Part shown: positions 30,073 through 39,964 of the stretch, in pieces
Layout: each line of letters starts with the position of its first letter
How positions within the stretch are numbered: position 1 is the stretch's first letter
IMG/VR virus record: IMGVR_UViG_3300032225_000686
Source: a virus
Lineage: Duplodnaviria; Caudoviricetes
Length of the DNA: 64,000 nucleotides
Strand: one strand, 5' to 3'
The notes under the pieces: model-generated
Told to the model about the DNA's origin: nothing
Seen by the model: only the letters and a program-made list of their open reading frames with translations
Database searches by the model: none
Program-made: the position numbers and the translations under genes

Positions 30073-30186
30073 ATGGCAGATTTTCTAGGAACAGCATGGT
30101 GGTCAGTATTGATGTTCGTTGCTGGTGCTCTTATCGGTGCTCCACTTTGGAAGTGGGTATCCGCCAAGATGCCTTGGAACAAGTGA
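30073..30186 (+). CDS. Small single-pass membrane protein (37 aa)
   Basis: AAGGAGG RBS; MADFLGTAWWSVLMFVAGALIGAPLWKWVSAKMPWNK; CTACATA late-like motif upstream. Confidence 0.75.
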   Translation: MADFLGTAWWSVLMFVAGALIGAPLWKWVSAKMPWNK

Positions 30187-30215
30187 ACTGATACTCCACA
30201 AGTGAACTCTAAACA

Positions 30216-31934
30216 ATGATTACATTCAGCAAAATTAGGTGGTCAAACTTTCTATCAACGGGTCAGTATCCTACAGAGATAGACTTGACCTCCACAAATA
30301 CGACGCTCATAACGGGCGAAAACGGAGCAGGTAAGAGTACCCTATTGGATGCTCTTACCTTTGCTCTTTTTGGTAAGCCCTACCGCAACATCAACAAGCC
30401 GCAAATAGTGAACTCGGTCAACGAGAAGAACTGTATCGTTGAACTTGAGTTTGATATTGCAGCAGACAAGTACAAAGTTCGTCGCGGTCTTGAACCCGCC
30501 CTGTTTGAGATATTCAAGAACGGCGAGATCATCAACCAAGATGCAAAGAGCAAGGACTATCAGCGTATGTTTGAGGAGCAGATACTCCGTCAAACCTACA
30601 AGTCATTCTGCCAAGTAGCCATACTTGGTTCTGCTAACTACACCGCGTTCATGGAACTGACAGCAGCAGATCGTCGTGCTGTGGTTGAGTCAATCCTAGA
30701 CATCAACATCTTCTCGCAGATGAATGCTCTTCTAAAGACCAAGCAATCACAGGTCAAGGAAGAACTAACGATCATGGAAGCAGACCTGACCGTTCTTCGT
30801 GAGAAGATCAAGTTGAATGAGAAGTATCTACAGAGCCGCGAGAAGGATACTGACCACAAGATTGACGATTACAAGGAAGAAATCACAAGGTGTAAGGAAG
30901 ATGAGACTCGTTTGTTGGCAGACATCCAAACACTACGAGAAAAGATATCTGTCTTGGTTGAGACTATCGCCGATACAGATACGGTGAATAAGACTATCTA
31001 CGACCTATCGTCAATCAATCGTCAGTTAAAGTCCAAGATCAAGACGCTTGAGAGTGAGGTTGACTTCTACAACAAGAACGATACCTGCCCGACCTGCATT
31101 CAGAAGATTGATGATACCTTCCGCAAGAACATCATAACCACCAAGAACAACAAGATCAGCGAGGTGGGTAAGGCGGTAGAAGACATAGCAGAGCAGTCGG
31201 AGAACACAAGCAAGAGGCTTCAGGAGATTCAGGCTATCTCTGCCAAGATCAAGTCTTTGGAGGGTAAGGTTTCTGATATGTCAGCGAGTCTACGCAGCAC
31301 AGAAGTTACACGCAAGAAGTTTGAGCGGCTACTAATCGAAAGCGAGACAAGCAAGGCAACCGAAGATAAGAGCGAAGAGAATGCCCTCGTTGAACTACGA
31401 AAGCAACTTGAAGAGATGGAAGCCGAACGCAAGGAGATGGTAGAGAATCAATACTACTATGGTGTTGCAGCCAATCTCCTGAAGGATAGCGGCATCAAGA
31501 GCCGTATCATCAAGCACTACATTCCTATTATCAATCAAATCATTAACCGATATCTAAATCAGATGGGTCTATTTGTGTCCTTCAATCTTGACGAAGAGTT
31601 CAAGGAAACAATCAAGAGCCGTCACAGAGACACATTCACTTATGCATCGTTCAGCGAGGGAGAGAAGCGTAAGATTGACCTGTCTCTCTTGTTTGCTTGG
31701 AGGGCTATTGCAGGAATCAAGAATAGCATCAATACTAACCTACTTATCATGGATGAGGTGCTTGATGGTAGCCTAGACGATTCTTCGGTGGAGTCTTTTC
31801 TAGACATCCTGAAGAATATGAACTCGGCTATAAACATCTTCGTAATCAGCCACAAACCCAAGGAACTACTAGAGAGTAAGTTCCAACGCCACATTCAGTT
31901 TGCCAAAAAGGGGAACTTTAGTGCGAGGGTCTAA
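30216..31934 (+). CDS. gp46: Recombination exonuclease ATPase gp46 (Rad50/SbcC-like)
   Basis: GENGAGKST, CPTC zinc hook, FSEGE signature, IMDE, ISHK. Confidence 0.96.
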   Translation: MITFSKIRWSNFLSTGQYPTEIDLTSTNTTLITGENGAGKSTLLDALTFALFGKPYRNINKPQIVNSVNEKNCIVELEFDIAADKYKVRRGLEPALFEIFKNGEIINQDAKSKDYQRMFEEQILRQTYKSFCQVAILGSANYTAFMELTAADRRAVVESILDINIFSQMNALLKTKQSQVKEELTIMEADLTVLREKIKLNEKYLQSREKDTDHKIDDYKEEITRCKEDETRLLADIQTLREKISVLVETIADTDTVNKTIYDLSSINRQLKSKIKTLESEVDFYNKNDTCPTCIQKIDDTFRKNIITTKNNKISEVGKAVEDIAEQSENTSKRLQEIQAISAKIKSLEGKVSDMSASLRSTEVTRKKFERLLIESETSKATEDKSEENALVELRKQLEEMEAERKEMVENQYYYGVAANLLKDSGIKSRIIKHYIPIINQIINRYLNQMGLFVSFNLDEEFKETIKSRHRDTFTYASFSEGEKRKIDLSLLFAWRAIAGIKNSINTNLLIMDEVLDGSLDDSSVESFLDILKNMNSAINIFVISHKPKELLESKFQRHIQFAKKGNFSARV

Positions 31935-31968
31935 AAACCTAAATATGAAAGTATCGCAGGAGAACCCG

Positions 31969-32919
31969 ATGAAAGAGTCAATTTTTAAGTTTCCTACTTC
32001 GACCCATGCCCGTTTTGCGGCCGAACGCCTAGTTAGAGAGGGTCTTGAAGCCTCCTGCCCCAATTCCGCCTTTGTCAAGGTTCGTAGCAGGGTGGACAAT
32101 GTAGCCGCAGACATCATCCTAGAGAATCGCGGTTCTTTTGTGATGGGAGAGGACAACATAATCACATCGGTTCTCGGTAGATTCAAGGGTTCGGCGGTAA
32201 AGCCCCCATCATCCTCCGCTGCTCCAAAGCCAATCTCCCCTCCAACCCTAACTCGCAAGACACAGGTTGTTCCTCAAAAGACAGCCAAGGTTCAGAGTGG
32301 TATGGATCGAAACCCACTAATCCGATATGGAGTCCCCTACACTCTAGCGGTAAACTTCCCATACCTAAAGCAAAAGGTTGCCAAGATGCCTGCCGGTAGC
32401 AAGATCATGTACGGCAAGGAAGATGGAGACTTGGATGCTATTCCCGCCAATGAGGTGGATAGTTACAAGAGGGACGGGTGGGTTGTTATTGAGTCTATCG
32501 TTGATTTGGCTCCATATTTGGAGGAAGCCCTATCACAATCAACAGACCTAAACGAAAGTACTGGCTCTGCCGATCCTGCAAGATGGACAGGCAGCAAGCC
32601 GGGTTCGGGTAAGTATCGCATTCTTCCTGACGAACTCAAGCGTAAGCGTAGAATGCAGAATGCCACAAACACCCATGTGATGGTACTAGACCCTGTTACG
32701 GGTTCCACTATCTTATCCCCCTTCATCGTGGTAGACGAACTACCAAAGAAGATCAAGGAAGAGGATAGTGAGAGCGAGAAGAACAAGAAGCCCGAAGCAT
32801 CATCGTCTGCTATTCAAAACGCAGCGGTTGCTATGCTCAAGAAGGTTGTAGAAAAAGACCCCAAGAAGTTTCCTAAACTCGCCGGTATGTTGGGGATCAA
32901 AGCCGCAGGAAAGAAGTGA
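31969..32919 (+). CDS. Hypothetical late protein, possible internal head protein
   Basis: CTAAATA at 31939; AGGAG RBS; LEE/LNE/IKEE possible gp21 sites. Confidence 0.55.
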   Translation: MKESIFKFPTSTHARFAAERLVREGLEASCPNSAFVKVRSRVDNVAADIILENRGSFVMGEDNIITSVLGRFKGSAVKPPSSSAAPKPISPPTLTRKTQVVPQKTAKVQSGMDRNPLIRYGVPYTLAVNFPYLKQKVAKMPAGSKIMYGKEDGDLDAIPANEVDSYKRDGWVVIESIVDLAPYLEEALSQSTDLNESTGSADPARWTGSKPGSGKYRILPDELKRKRRMQNATNTHVMVLDPVTGSTILSPFIVVDELPKKIKEEDSESEKNKKPEASSSAIQNAAVAMLKKVVEKDPKKFPKLAGMLGIKAAGKK

Positions 32920-32922
32920 TTC

Positions 32923-33666
32923 ATGAAGTCTATTGCTGAACACCTGTTGGCAGAAGATGTGTGCCTACAGAAGTTTGGCAAGGTGTTGTTTGGTGATGTG
33001 TTTGGCGGCGAGAAAGATACGCCATATGAGAAGGCTTTGAGTAACAAATTGCGTCTATTCTTTGGGCTACAAGGTCAGTTCTCGGAGAGGGATAAATTAG
33101 TTGACGCTTTCCGTGAACTCAAAAAATGCACAGGGCATTTCCCCAAAGAACTCTCTCCAAATACTGGCATCATCTATCGCGGTGTACGCAGAACCGCTAC
33201 CGATCTAATCAAGGTAAAGGATTGGAAGTATGTGGATCAGACTAAAGAGATGATTGTTGGTACTGTAAAGTACGAATCTCGTTATCCGATTCAGTCTTGG
33301 ACAACTAACAGCATGATTGCTTGGGGATTTGCGAGCAGCGGTGCTGTAGCCAAGAAGTTTCAGCAGGGCGAAAAGATTGAGGGTGGGTACTACCCGTGTG
33401 TCTTCATGGGCGTGGTAAACAAGAATGACCTGCTATTCTCAAGTGATTTTATTGAGCGATTCAAAGCCAAGGCAGGCTTGGGTATTCGCAACGAGTTTGA
33501 GATTGTTCGTATCTCCAATGAACCGTTCACCTGCAAGATCATGGTCAGAATGAAAGACCTGAACCGTCCCTTGGGGAAATATAAGCCGATAGATCACAGG
33601 CTCAACAAGTACCTGACAAATCTCGGTATAGATCCGAACGCGAAGAATACTTTCGTTCGCCCTTAA
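32923..33666 (+). CDS. Putative ADP-ribosyltransferase (R-S-E type) with capsid-targeting-like N-terminus
   Basis: IYRG...PIQSWTT...NEFEIVRI; N-terminus MKSIAEHLLAE. Confidence 0.7.
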   Translation: MKSIAEHLLAEDVCLQKFGKVLFGDVFGGEKDTPYEKALSNKLRLFFGLQGQFSERDKLVDAFRELKKCTGHFPKELSPNTGIIYRGVRRTATDLIKVKDWKYVDQTKEMIVGTVKYESRYPIQSWTTNSMIAWGFASSGAVAKKFQQGEKIEGGYYPCVFMGVVNKNDLLFSSDFIERFKAKAGLGIRNEFEIVRISNEPFTCKIMVRMKDLNRPLGKYKPIDHRLNKYLTNLGIDPNAKNTFVRP

Positions 33667-34355
33667 ATTAGGGCTAGGATAGCCTTGCAGCAGTCAACTT
33701 GACAGGCGGTTCTCAAGGCTACAGTTCTAGTACCATCTGCGGGGGTCTCTAACTGTATAGCCATCTTACCGCCCATCTTTACAAAGTAGTTGGCAAACAT
33801 GTCTTCTTTAGGAGGACTCTTTATTCCGCCCTCCCAAAGAGGAAAGTAATCACTCATAGTTTCCTTTGTCGCTGCTTTGATGTTAGCCGAAGCATTCCAA
33901 GAGTAGAAGTATGAGAATGGTCTGTGGGGGTCTTCCTGCAAAGAGAGAAGACACTCTTTGCCCAAGGATAGGAGATCATTCATATTGTTCTTTAGAATAT
34001 TACCTTCGGCTGTTGTAGGAGTTGGCCATCCTCTGTCTACATTCTGCCCATAATCGTTTCGGTGTTGCCTAGACACAAAACAAGACGGAGACACGAACGG
34101 AATGAAAGAACACTCCGTGGCTTCTTTGCACAAAATTTTACATGCTTCCCACCCAGCAGGCTCATCTCCCTGCCAACCTGCTGTGACTAGGACTCCATTT
34201 GGTTTCTTGGCTTCAAAGAGGTAGATGCTCTTTGAGTCTAAGGTTCCCAAAATTCTAACTTCATGGGTGTCTTTTGTTAAAATTGAAAACTGCGAAATCT
34301 CCCTATCGTATTGGAGGTCGTTTTCAAGTTGCTCTTTGAAGGTCTTTAGCCCCAT
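33663..34355 (-). CDS. M14/AstE-AspA-like carboxypeptidase-fold protein (Zn ligands substituted)
   Basis: AGWQGDEPAG, P-x2-SP, RN-x2-G-x-NVDR, SLQED, LETP; N-terminus MGLKTFKEQLE. Confidence 0.6.
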   Translation of the reverse strand: MGLKTFKEQLENDLQYDREISQFSILTKDTHEVRILGTLDSKSIYLFEAKKPNGVLVTAGWQGDEPAGWEACKILCKEATECSFIPFVSPSCFVSRQHRNDYGQNVDRGWPTPTTAEGNILKNNMNDLLSLGKECLLSLQEDPHRPFSYFYSWNASANIKAATKETMSDYFPLWEGGIKSPPKEDMFANYFVKMGGKMAIQLETPADGTRTVALRTACQVDCCKAILALI

Positions 34356-34431
34356 ACATTCATATGTAGGGTTATGGACGGTCTCAAAATACTAAATAAC
34401 CACAGTCCAACGCATCTATAGGGGCGCAACA

Positions 34432-36123
34432 ATGGCAAAAACATTCTACTGGGTAGGCGGGGCAACAGGAAATAACGCTTTGGATAAGTACAATTGGAAC
34501 AATCCTAACAATTGGGTTGTTCAAAATGTAGTATCCGGTGGTATATCTAACACCACACAAGGCATTTCCTCAACCACAACGACGATTTCGACAACCAAGA
34601 ATAACTCCGCAAATAGATTCAATGTCTCTACGGGGTCAATCGGTTCATCAACAGACCAATCAAAAACCTACTGCCCGGGTATAGGAGACTTCGTAATCAT
34701 TGGAGAATTGCCCGCGCTAGGAAACAATACACCAGTACAAGTCAAGGCTCCACTACTTTTTGGTGGTTGCGGTATTACATCAGGACAGAACTGGGCATCC
34801 TCCACCCCATATGCTTCTTGGGTGAATGCGGCAGGAAATACAGGAACAGGAGCCAACATCGGTATTTCCACTATTACGATCAAGAACAATAAAGTAGCAA
34901 ATACAGATAGTGTGGTTTACCCATACGAATGGATAGGTGGAGGAATTACCGGATCATCATCCGAAATTCTTGATTGGGTAAAGGAGCAAAATCCGGAAGT
35001 AGATGTAGAATCATTAATTACTTCAACGACATCAGATCTTCGCCTCATAGTCAAGGACTCCGTAAACACGGATATCGGAAATCCATATGAGATGGTAAAT
35101 TATAGTCCAATAAAGGTTTCTCTACTATTCAAGGCTGGAGTCAAGCAAGCATTTACTCTTGCCGGATCTCCCGCAAACATAGTGAAGACAAAGTTCTTCG
35201 ACACCAGTAGCCACATTGCATTGGGTGTTTTCGGTGGAATCTTTGATTCGGTTGAAATAAAGACAAATCCAACTAACTCCGCTCATGGTCCATCAACACG
35301 ATACATTCAATTTGGTTCTTATTCGGTTCTGAATGATGTATTTGTCGATAGGTATGCAGGCAACTTGTATGTTGATTCAAGCACATATGTAAATAACATC
35401 AATATTACAAACACTTCTTGGTACGGGTTTGATCGTGGAGTTGATCAAAACATAACACTAGAGTGCTATTTGGATGGTCCCACGGTCAGAACTGCTTTGG
35501 GATATACCGTAGGAACTGTTACTGCAACAGAGTCTACGCTAAAGGTTACTCCATGCAGCATCATTCACCCACAACTTACAAGAGATGGCTATCAGCCAGA
35601 TCTTCCATATTCTACCTCATTCCCACCAACAATAAATCTAGGATTGCCTATTGGGGAAACTCTGATTGGCGATGAACAAGAAATGAAGTCCGTTATCGTA
35701 CAGGGTCAGCAGTACGATTTGATTTCTTACTTGGATGGGAGATGGCATCTTTGCTTCAACGGTTCAGTCAACATGAACTATTTGAACGCAAATAATTGTC
35801 TAGTGAAATGCTCAAAAAACATTCCACAAACAGCAAAGGTCAAAATCGGTAATGCCGAGTTCAAAGAAAATAGTGAGATAACATTCACCAAAGCATGTCC
35901 AATTGTGAATGCTGGCGATAAAGATGTTTGGTACTTCGGACAACTGACCAATACGCTAAAGGGCGGTCTGAAGTTCTTGGATACTACTGGTATTGTTTAT
36001 GGGGGTAAAGGTATTGTTATTGCAAACACATTTGAAGATAGTGAAACAGGTATAGACAGTAGATCGGGAAGTATTAATTATCAAGACACCGATATTGAAG
36101 CAACAGTAACAACACAGGCTTAA
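34432..36123 (+). CDS. Large putative virion structural/adhesin protein (paralogue A)
   Basis: FYWVG...WNNPNNW...PG-x-GD...APLL-x-GGC; beta-rich; CTAAATA at 34392. Confidence 0.6.
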   Translation: MAKTFYWVGGATGNNALDKYNWNNPNNWVVQNVVSGGISNTTQGISSTTTTISTTKNNSANRFNVSTGSIGSSTDQSKTYCPGIGDFVIIGELPALGNNTPVQVKAPLLFGGCGITSGQNWASSTPYASWVNAAGNTGTGANIGISTITIKNNKVANTDSVVYPYEWIGGGITGSSSEILDWVKEQNPEVDVESLITSTTSDLRLIVKDSVNTDIGNPYEMVNYSPIKVSLLFKAGVKQAFTLAGSPANIVKTKFFDTSSHIALGVFGGIFDSVEIKTNPTNSAHGPSTRYIQFGSYSVLNDVFVDRYAGNLYVDSSTYVNNINITNTSWYGFDRGVDQNITLECYLDGPTVRTALGYTVGTVTATESTLKVTPCSIIHPQLTRDGYQPDLPYSTSFPPTINLGLPIGETLIGDEQEMKSVIVQGQQYDLISYLDGRWHLCFNGSVNMNYLNANNCLVKCSKNIPQTAKVKIGNAEFKENSEITFTKACPIVNAGDKDVWYFGQLTNTLKGGLKFLDTTGIVYGGKGIVIANTFEDSETGIDSRSGSINYQDTDIEATVTTQA

Positions 36124-36138
36124 GAGAGGTAGAATCAA

Positions 36139-38946
36139 ATGCCAACATTTTATTGGGTAGGTAACGGTTGCCCGAAAGACGGGACTTCAAGCACATCACA
36201 CCTTTGGGGAACTAGTGAATTCTCTTGGAACAATCCAAACAACTGGATTGTTGCTCACAGCCTTCATGAAGTAACAATGGCTGGCATCGCGGGAATGACA
36301 GGACCATCACAGCCAAACGATACCTTCAAAATGAAGGTCGAAGTCTATGCTATTCCAAATAGAGTTCCGGGTCCGGGAGATAGTGTGTATGTCGGTCACT
36401 ATCCTTGGCTAGATTATCTTTCAACATCTAGTCCTTTAGGTCGTGGAGATACTAATGGAGTTCAGCAAACAAATAGCAGATTGTTTACTGAAAGGGATTG
36501 GATGTCCAATGCAAGTGGTATTGCAAGAAATGCGAAGGCAGCATTACCCGTTCTGTGGAAACCATATGATAGTACAACAGGAAAGTTTAGAACAGTAGCA
36601 GTTCCTAGTGGTGTTGCAGGAACATCTGGTGTTTCCATCAATAAAAAGTTCTACGCTACAACTAGCATTACACTAAACACCTCAAACTATTCCGGTTATT
36701 CTGAATGGTTTGACGGAACAGTATCTACAAATGCAACAGTTTTGAGTGAAGCAACATCAATTGCAAGTAGTGTTAGAGATCTGGCTTTCCACAGAAACGG
36801 TGTAAGAAACGGACAAACCAAGTGGAATACCTACAATAATGTTGCAAATCTTTCCATTCTCCCTGAGAAAGCATATGCTCCTCTCCTTTGGGGTGGTTGT
36901 GTTGCAGGAACTACGGGAGTAACTAGTGCAGCAGGAATTTCAGGCGGAAGCGGATGGACTTGGTGGCCTAATGCAAGCAGCACATTGAATACATCAAATC
37001 CAAATCTATTGGCCGCAACTGGTCAAGCATTGGATGAATTGAATATCGTATTCTATTCTGACAACTTGATGGATTCGAATGGTGCTGTTGGTGTAGCAGG
37101 TAGAGTCTATAGCACAGCAACATTTTGGGATCCATATCCATTCAAGTCAGTAGGTGATGGCTTGTTCGGTGAGGAATACAACACAGTAAAGGATAACTTC
37201 TCAAAGCCTTATTGTCAGGGAGTCACCGGAGGTCAGGGATATAATGGTCAGCCTTGCTATCCTTGTGCTGGTGGAATAACAGGAAGAGCATCAAACTACA
37301 ACGCTATCTTCACAAACAAGAGTTTGACAGCAGAAGGTGTAAGAGCAACTTGTTTGTTTGTCAAAGCAAACAAGGTAAATGTAAAGACACCCCACGAATG
37401 GAACAAGTATGCTGCGAATAACCCGTTAGGAGAGATGATCCATCATGCAGATTATCCCCCAATCTATCGTTATTCGGATAACCTTCAGAACACATCAATA
37501 CCCGAAAACACTTCTTGGATCAATAAGCAACTTGGTTTGATTACCTGTGCGGGTTCAAGTGGCTGCCAAGATACATGGGGTACTTGGGGAGGAGCAGGAA
37601 AGAACGATTCTTCTAAGTATGTCGAACTTCGTTTGGCAGACAATTGGGGAAGTAAGACAGGATCTAGTGAGAGTTACATGGGAACGCTTGTCCATGCTCA
37701 GATGAGATTCGGTCAATTCAATATGCCATATGGTAAGGTTCAAGAACTACATTTGGGCATTCCTCACGGTTCATATGGAAATGAGTATACCGATGGTAAT
37801 ATGACTATTCTCGGACTAGAGGGTGGTGTGGTGACAGCAGAAACAGTAAAGTCAGCACTAGACAACTACAAAACATATTCAAACAATGATGCTATGCAGT
37901 TGTTCAACAATACGAATTTCATAAACAGAGACAACACTAACGCCAAGTTTGGAAAGGCAAATCCATTTTGGCCGTCTTCGGGTGTGTATTTCGTAGGAAA
38001 TGACAACACAACTGATGGGACAACAAGAGTCAATATCTTGAACTCGTATTCAGTATCTTCTACAATTTTGCCAACCGCGTCTATAGGAGTTGCAAGAATC
38101 TTCTTGGGATTGGGGGATAATCTTGAATTTACAGGGAAGTCATTAACAGCCCCATCAAATGCATATGATTACACGGCAAATTACGGTAGCGTGTATGTAA
38201 ATCACGGATATCCAATAGCAGTACCAAACCGAAATAGTTCTTTCTTCGGAATCTTCCAATACGGATCAATGGTAACAGGAGATGCTTATAGAGCATCTTT
38301 GATTGAAGCCAAGTCTGTAGGTAAGGTAAATAATTCGGGGGGTACTGCTGATTCAAGTGTAAATTCAACAAGACCAAAGAGTGCATTTGTTACAAGCATT
38401 CTCAACTCTCAAGTAGGAGATATGGTAATCGACAATACCGACTACATCTTCCTATCGCCAGAAGATTTCCCAATCTCAAGCAAACAAAAGTATGGCAATA
38501 AGACTGTAGATCGTCTGTTCGTCAAAGACAACAGTAATGTTGATATCAGCAAAGATACTCATGGGTACATACACTTTGGTAGAGTTTTGAATGCTACCGC
38601 AGGATATACTGGATCAATCTACGGTGGAGTAATTTTCCAAGGAGACAACAACGAGGTTTTCTACCCCGCAGCAGGAACAAGACTATGGATTAGTGCTCTT
38701 GGTGGCAACATTACAGACAACAGACAGCAATCAATGCCTGTTGCCTTCGTTGCTTCAAATAACACACCCGGCACAGGAGAAATGCCCAATGCATTGATTG
38801 GCAGTATAGTATCATCAACTAGTAAGCAGAATCCATATTCTTATACTAGAAATGAGATTGCTATTGCCAAGAATCCTGAAGTTTCAGAACTCTACGATCA
38901 ACTAGGATTGGCAGAAGAAGATCCGAGTGCAATAGCACAATACTAA
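36139..38946 (+). CDS. Large putative virion structural/adhesin protein (paralogue B)
   Basis: Shares FYWVG, WNNPNNW, PG-x-GD, APLL-x-GGC, YP-x3-G-x-G and C-terminal FG...GG-x2-F motifs with 34432. Confidence 0.6.
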   Translation: MPTFYWVGNGCPKDGTSSTSHLWGTSEFSWNNPNNWIVAHSLHEVTMAGIAGMTGPSQPNDTFKMKVEVYAIPNRVPGPGDSVYVGHYPWLDYLSTSSPLGRGDTNGVQQTNSRLFTERDWMSNASGIARNAKAALPVLWKPYDSTTGKFRTVAVPSGVAGTSGVSINKKFYATTSITLNTSNYSGYSEWFDGTVSTNATVLSEATSIASSVRDLAFHRNGVRNGQTKWNTYNNVANLSILPEKAYAPLLWGGCVAGTTGVTSAAGISGGSGWTWWPNASSTLNTSNPNLLAATGQALDELNIVFYSDNLMDSNGAVGVAGRVYSTATFWDPYPFKSVGDGLFGEEYNTVKDNFSKPYCQGVTGGQGYNGQPCYPCAGGITGRASNYNAIFTNKSLTAEGVRATCLFVKANKVNVKTPHEWNKYAANNPLGEMIHHADYPPIYRYSDNLQNTSIPENTSWINKQLGLITCAGSSGCQDTWGTWGGAGKNDSSKYVELRLADNWGSKTGSSESYMGTLVHAQMRFGQFNMPYGKVQELHLGIPHGSYGNEYTDGNMTILGLEGGVVTAETVKSALDNYKTYSNNDAMQLFNNTNFINRDNTNAKFGKANPFWPSSGVYFVGNDNTTDGTTRVNILNSYSVSSTILPTASIGVARIFLGLGDNLEFTGKSLTAPSNAYDYTANYGSVYVNHGYPIAVPNRNSSFFGIFQYGSMVTGDAYRASLIEAKSVGKVNNSGGTADSSVNSTRPKSAFVTSILNSQVGDMVIDNTDYIFLSPEDFPISSKQKYGNKTVDRLFVKDNSNVDISKDTHGYIHFGRVLNATAGYTGSIYGGVIFQGDNNEVFYPAAGTRLWISALGGNITDNRQQSMPVAFVASNNTPGTGEMPNALIGSIVSSTSKQNPYSYTRNEIAIAKNPEVSELYDQLGLAEEDPSAIAQY

Positions 38947-38970
38947 TATCGCCCTACTACATTTACTTAC

Positions 38971-39006
38971 AAAGACACCCCGCAGAAATGCGGGGTGTTT
39001 TCTTTT
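38971..39006. terminator. Terminator between convergent genes
   Basis: ACACCCCGCA-GAAA-TGCGGGGTGT stem with T tract on + side. Confidence 0.85.
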
Positions 39007-39412
39007 ATGGATGTGGGTACTTCGCCTGCTCTGTGTCAATAGCAGAGAACAGATTGTCCACAGCCCAAGCAAACGGAACCTTGTAGGCATGAACCTCTGC
39101 TCTAGCAAAGTAGGAGAGGATGTCTTGTGCGCCAACAGGATTGGAACTATGGACAACCATCTTGGTGTCCCATCCAATCTTGCCGTCCTCAATCATCTGC
39201 CGAAGGACGCGAACGAACGGTATGCTCGTCAGAGATCCCGTGGCGCGATCCCATCCTAAGTCGTGGTCGATGCAGATGAAATCGTAGGTGTTGTTGCTCG
39301 CCATCTCCACGGCATCCTGCCATGTATAGACAGAATCAATGGTGTGCGATGCGTTATTCACCTTGAACGCCTCATGTCGGTATGCATCATCGTCTAGGAC
39401 TAGAATCTTCAT
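39005..39412 (-). CDS. Cyclic-phosphate-processing receiver (REC-like) domain protein
   Basis: ILVLDDD, YD-x-I-x2-DHDLG, VHSSNPVG. Confidence 0.8.
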   Translation of the reverse strand: MKILVLDDDAYRHEAFKVNNASHTIDSVYTWQDAVEMASNNTYDFICIDHDLGWDRATGSLTSIPFVRVLRQMIEDGKIGWDTKMVVHSSNPVGAQDILSYFARAEVHAYKVPFAWAVDNLFSAIDTEQAKYPHP

Positions 39413-39418
39413 ACCTAC

Positions 39419-39447
39419 AGTATAGTCCGAAAACTACTGCCTGTCAA
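39419..39447 (-). promoter_or_regulatory. Sigma70-type promoter, leaderless
   Basis: TTGACA-17-TATACT on minus strand; 6 nt to ATG 39412. Confidence 0.8.
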
Positions 39448-39492
39448 GTCCCTTTTTTGCTAAATATTGATGTTCTTACGGAGGAGTGTCGT

Positions 39493-39573
39493 ATGAGCAA
39501 ACTTCAAAAGGCGTTGGTTTGTGCTTGCTCTTTTCTTGTGGGCGTTATCATAGCCCGAGCGATTGGCTTATAA
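39493..39573 (+). CDS. Small hydrophobic peptide (26 aa)
   Basis: CTAAATA at 39460; GGAGGAG RBS; MSKLQKALVCACSFLVGVIIARAIGL. Confidence 0.6.
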   Translation: MSKLQKALVCACSFLVGVIIARAIGL

Positions 39574-39936
39574 TTAAGCCCGACGAGAAAGCATCGTAAT
39601 AGTTCTCTTGGCGAGGGGTGTTGCCATGAGAGCCTTTGCTTCCGCCATAGCCTTCAACTTGTAGGTCAGGTTTGGCAGATGCTTTCCTGTGGCAGAAACT
39701 AGATTGTCAAACACCATGATCGGATCGACTGCAATTCGGTCTGCAAGACTCTTCATATCTTGTGCAATAGTTTTAGCCAAGGTGGACATACGAACAACAG
39801 CATAACCCTTGATGTGGAGTTCGGGGTCTTCGGGGTTGCTACTGAAATCCAAATAGCCGAGTGCTTCAGTTGGAACCTTGGGATAAACCTTGCCCTGCCC
39901 GAGTGCTTCCGAAATCAGTCTGTTGAGTCTGTCCAT
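39574..39936 (-). CDS. Hypothetical late protein with capsid-targeting-like N-terminus
   Basis: AGGAGG RBS; minus-strand TATAAATA; MDRLNRLISE. Confidence 0.7.
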   Translation of the reverse strand: MDRLNRLISEALGQGKVYPKVPTEALGYLDFSSNPEDPELHIKGYAVVRMSTLAKTIAQDMKSLADRIAVDPIMVFDNLVSATGKHLPNLTYKLKAMAEAKALMATPLAKRTITMLSRRA

Positions 39937-39952
39937 TTGTATGCCTCCTGTC

Positions 39953-39964
39953 TATTTATAAATA
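39953..39964. promoter_or_regulatory. Palindromic bidirectional late promoter
   Basis: TATTTATAAATA reads TATAAATA on both strands between divergent genes. Confidence 0.75.
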
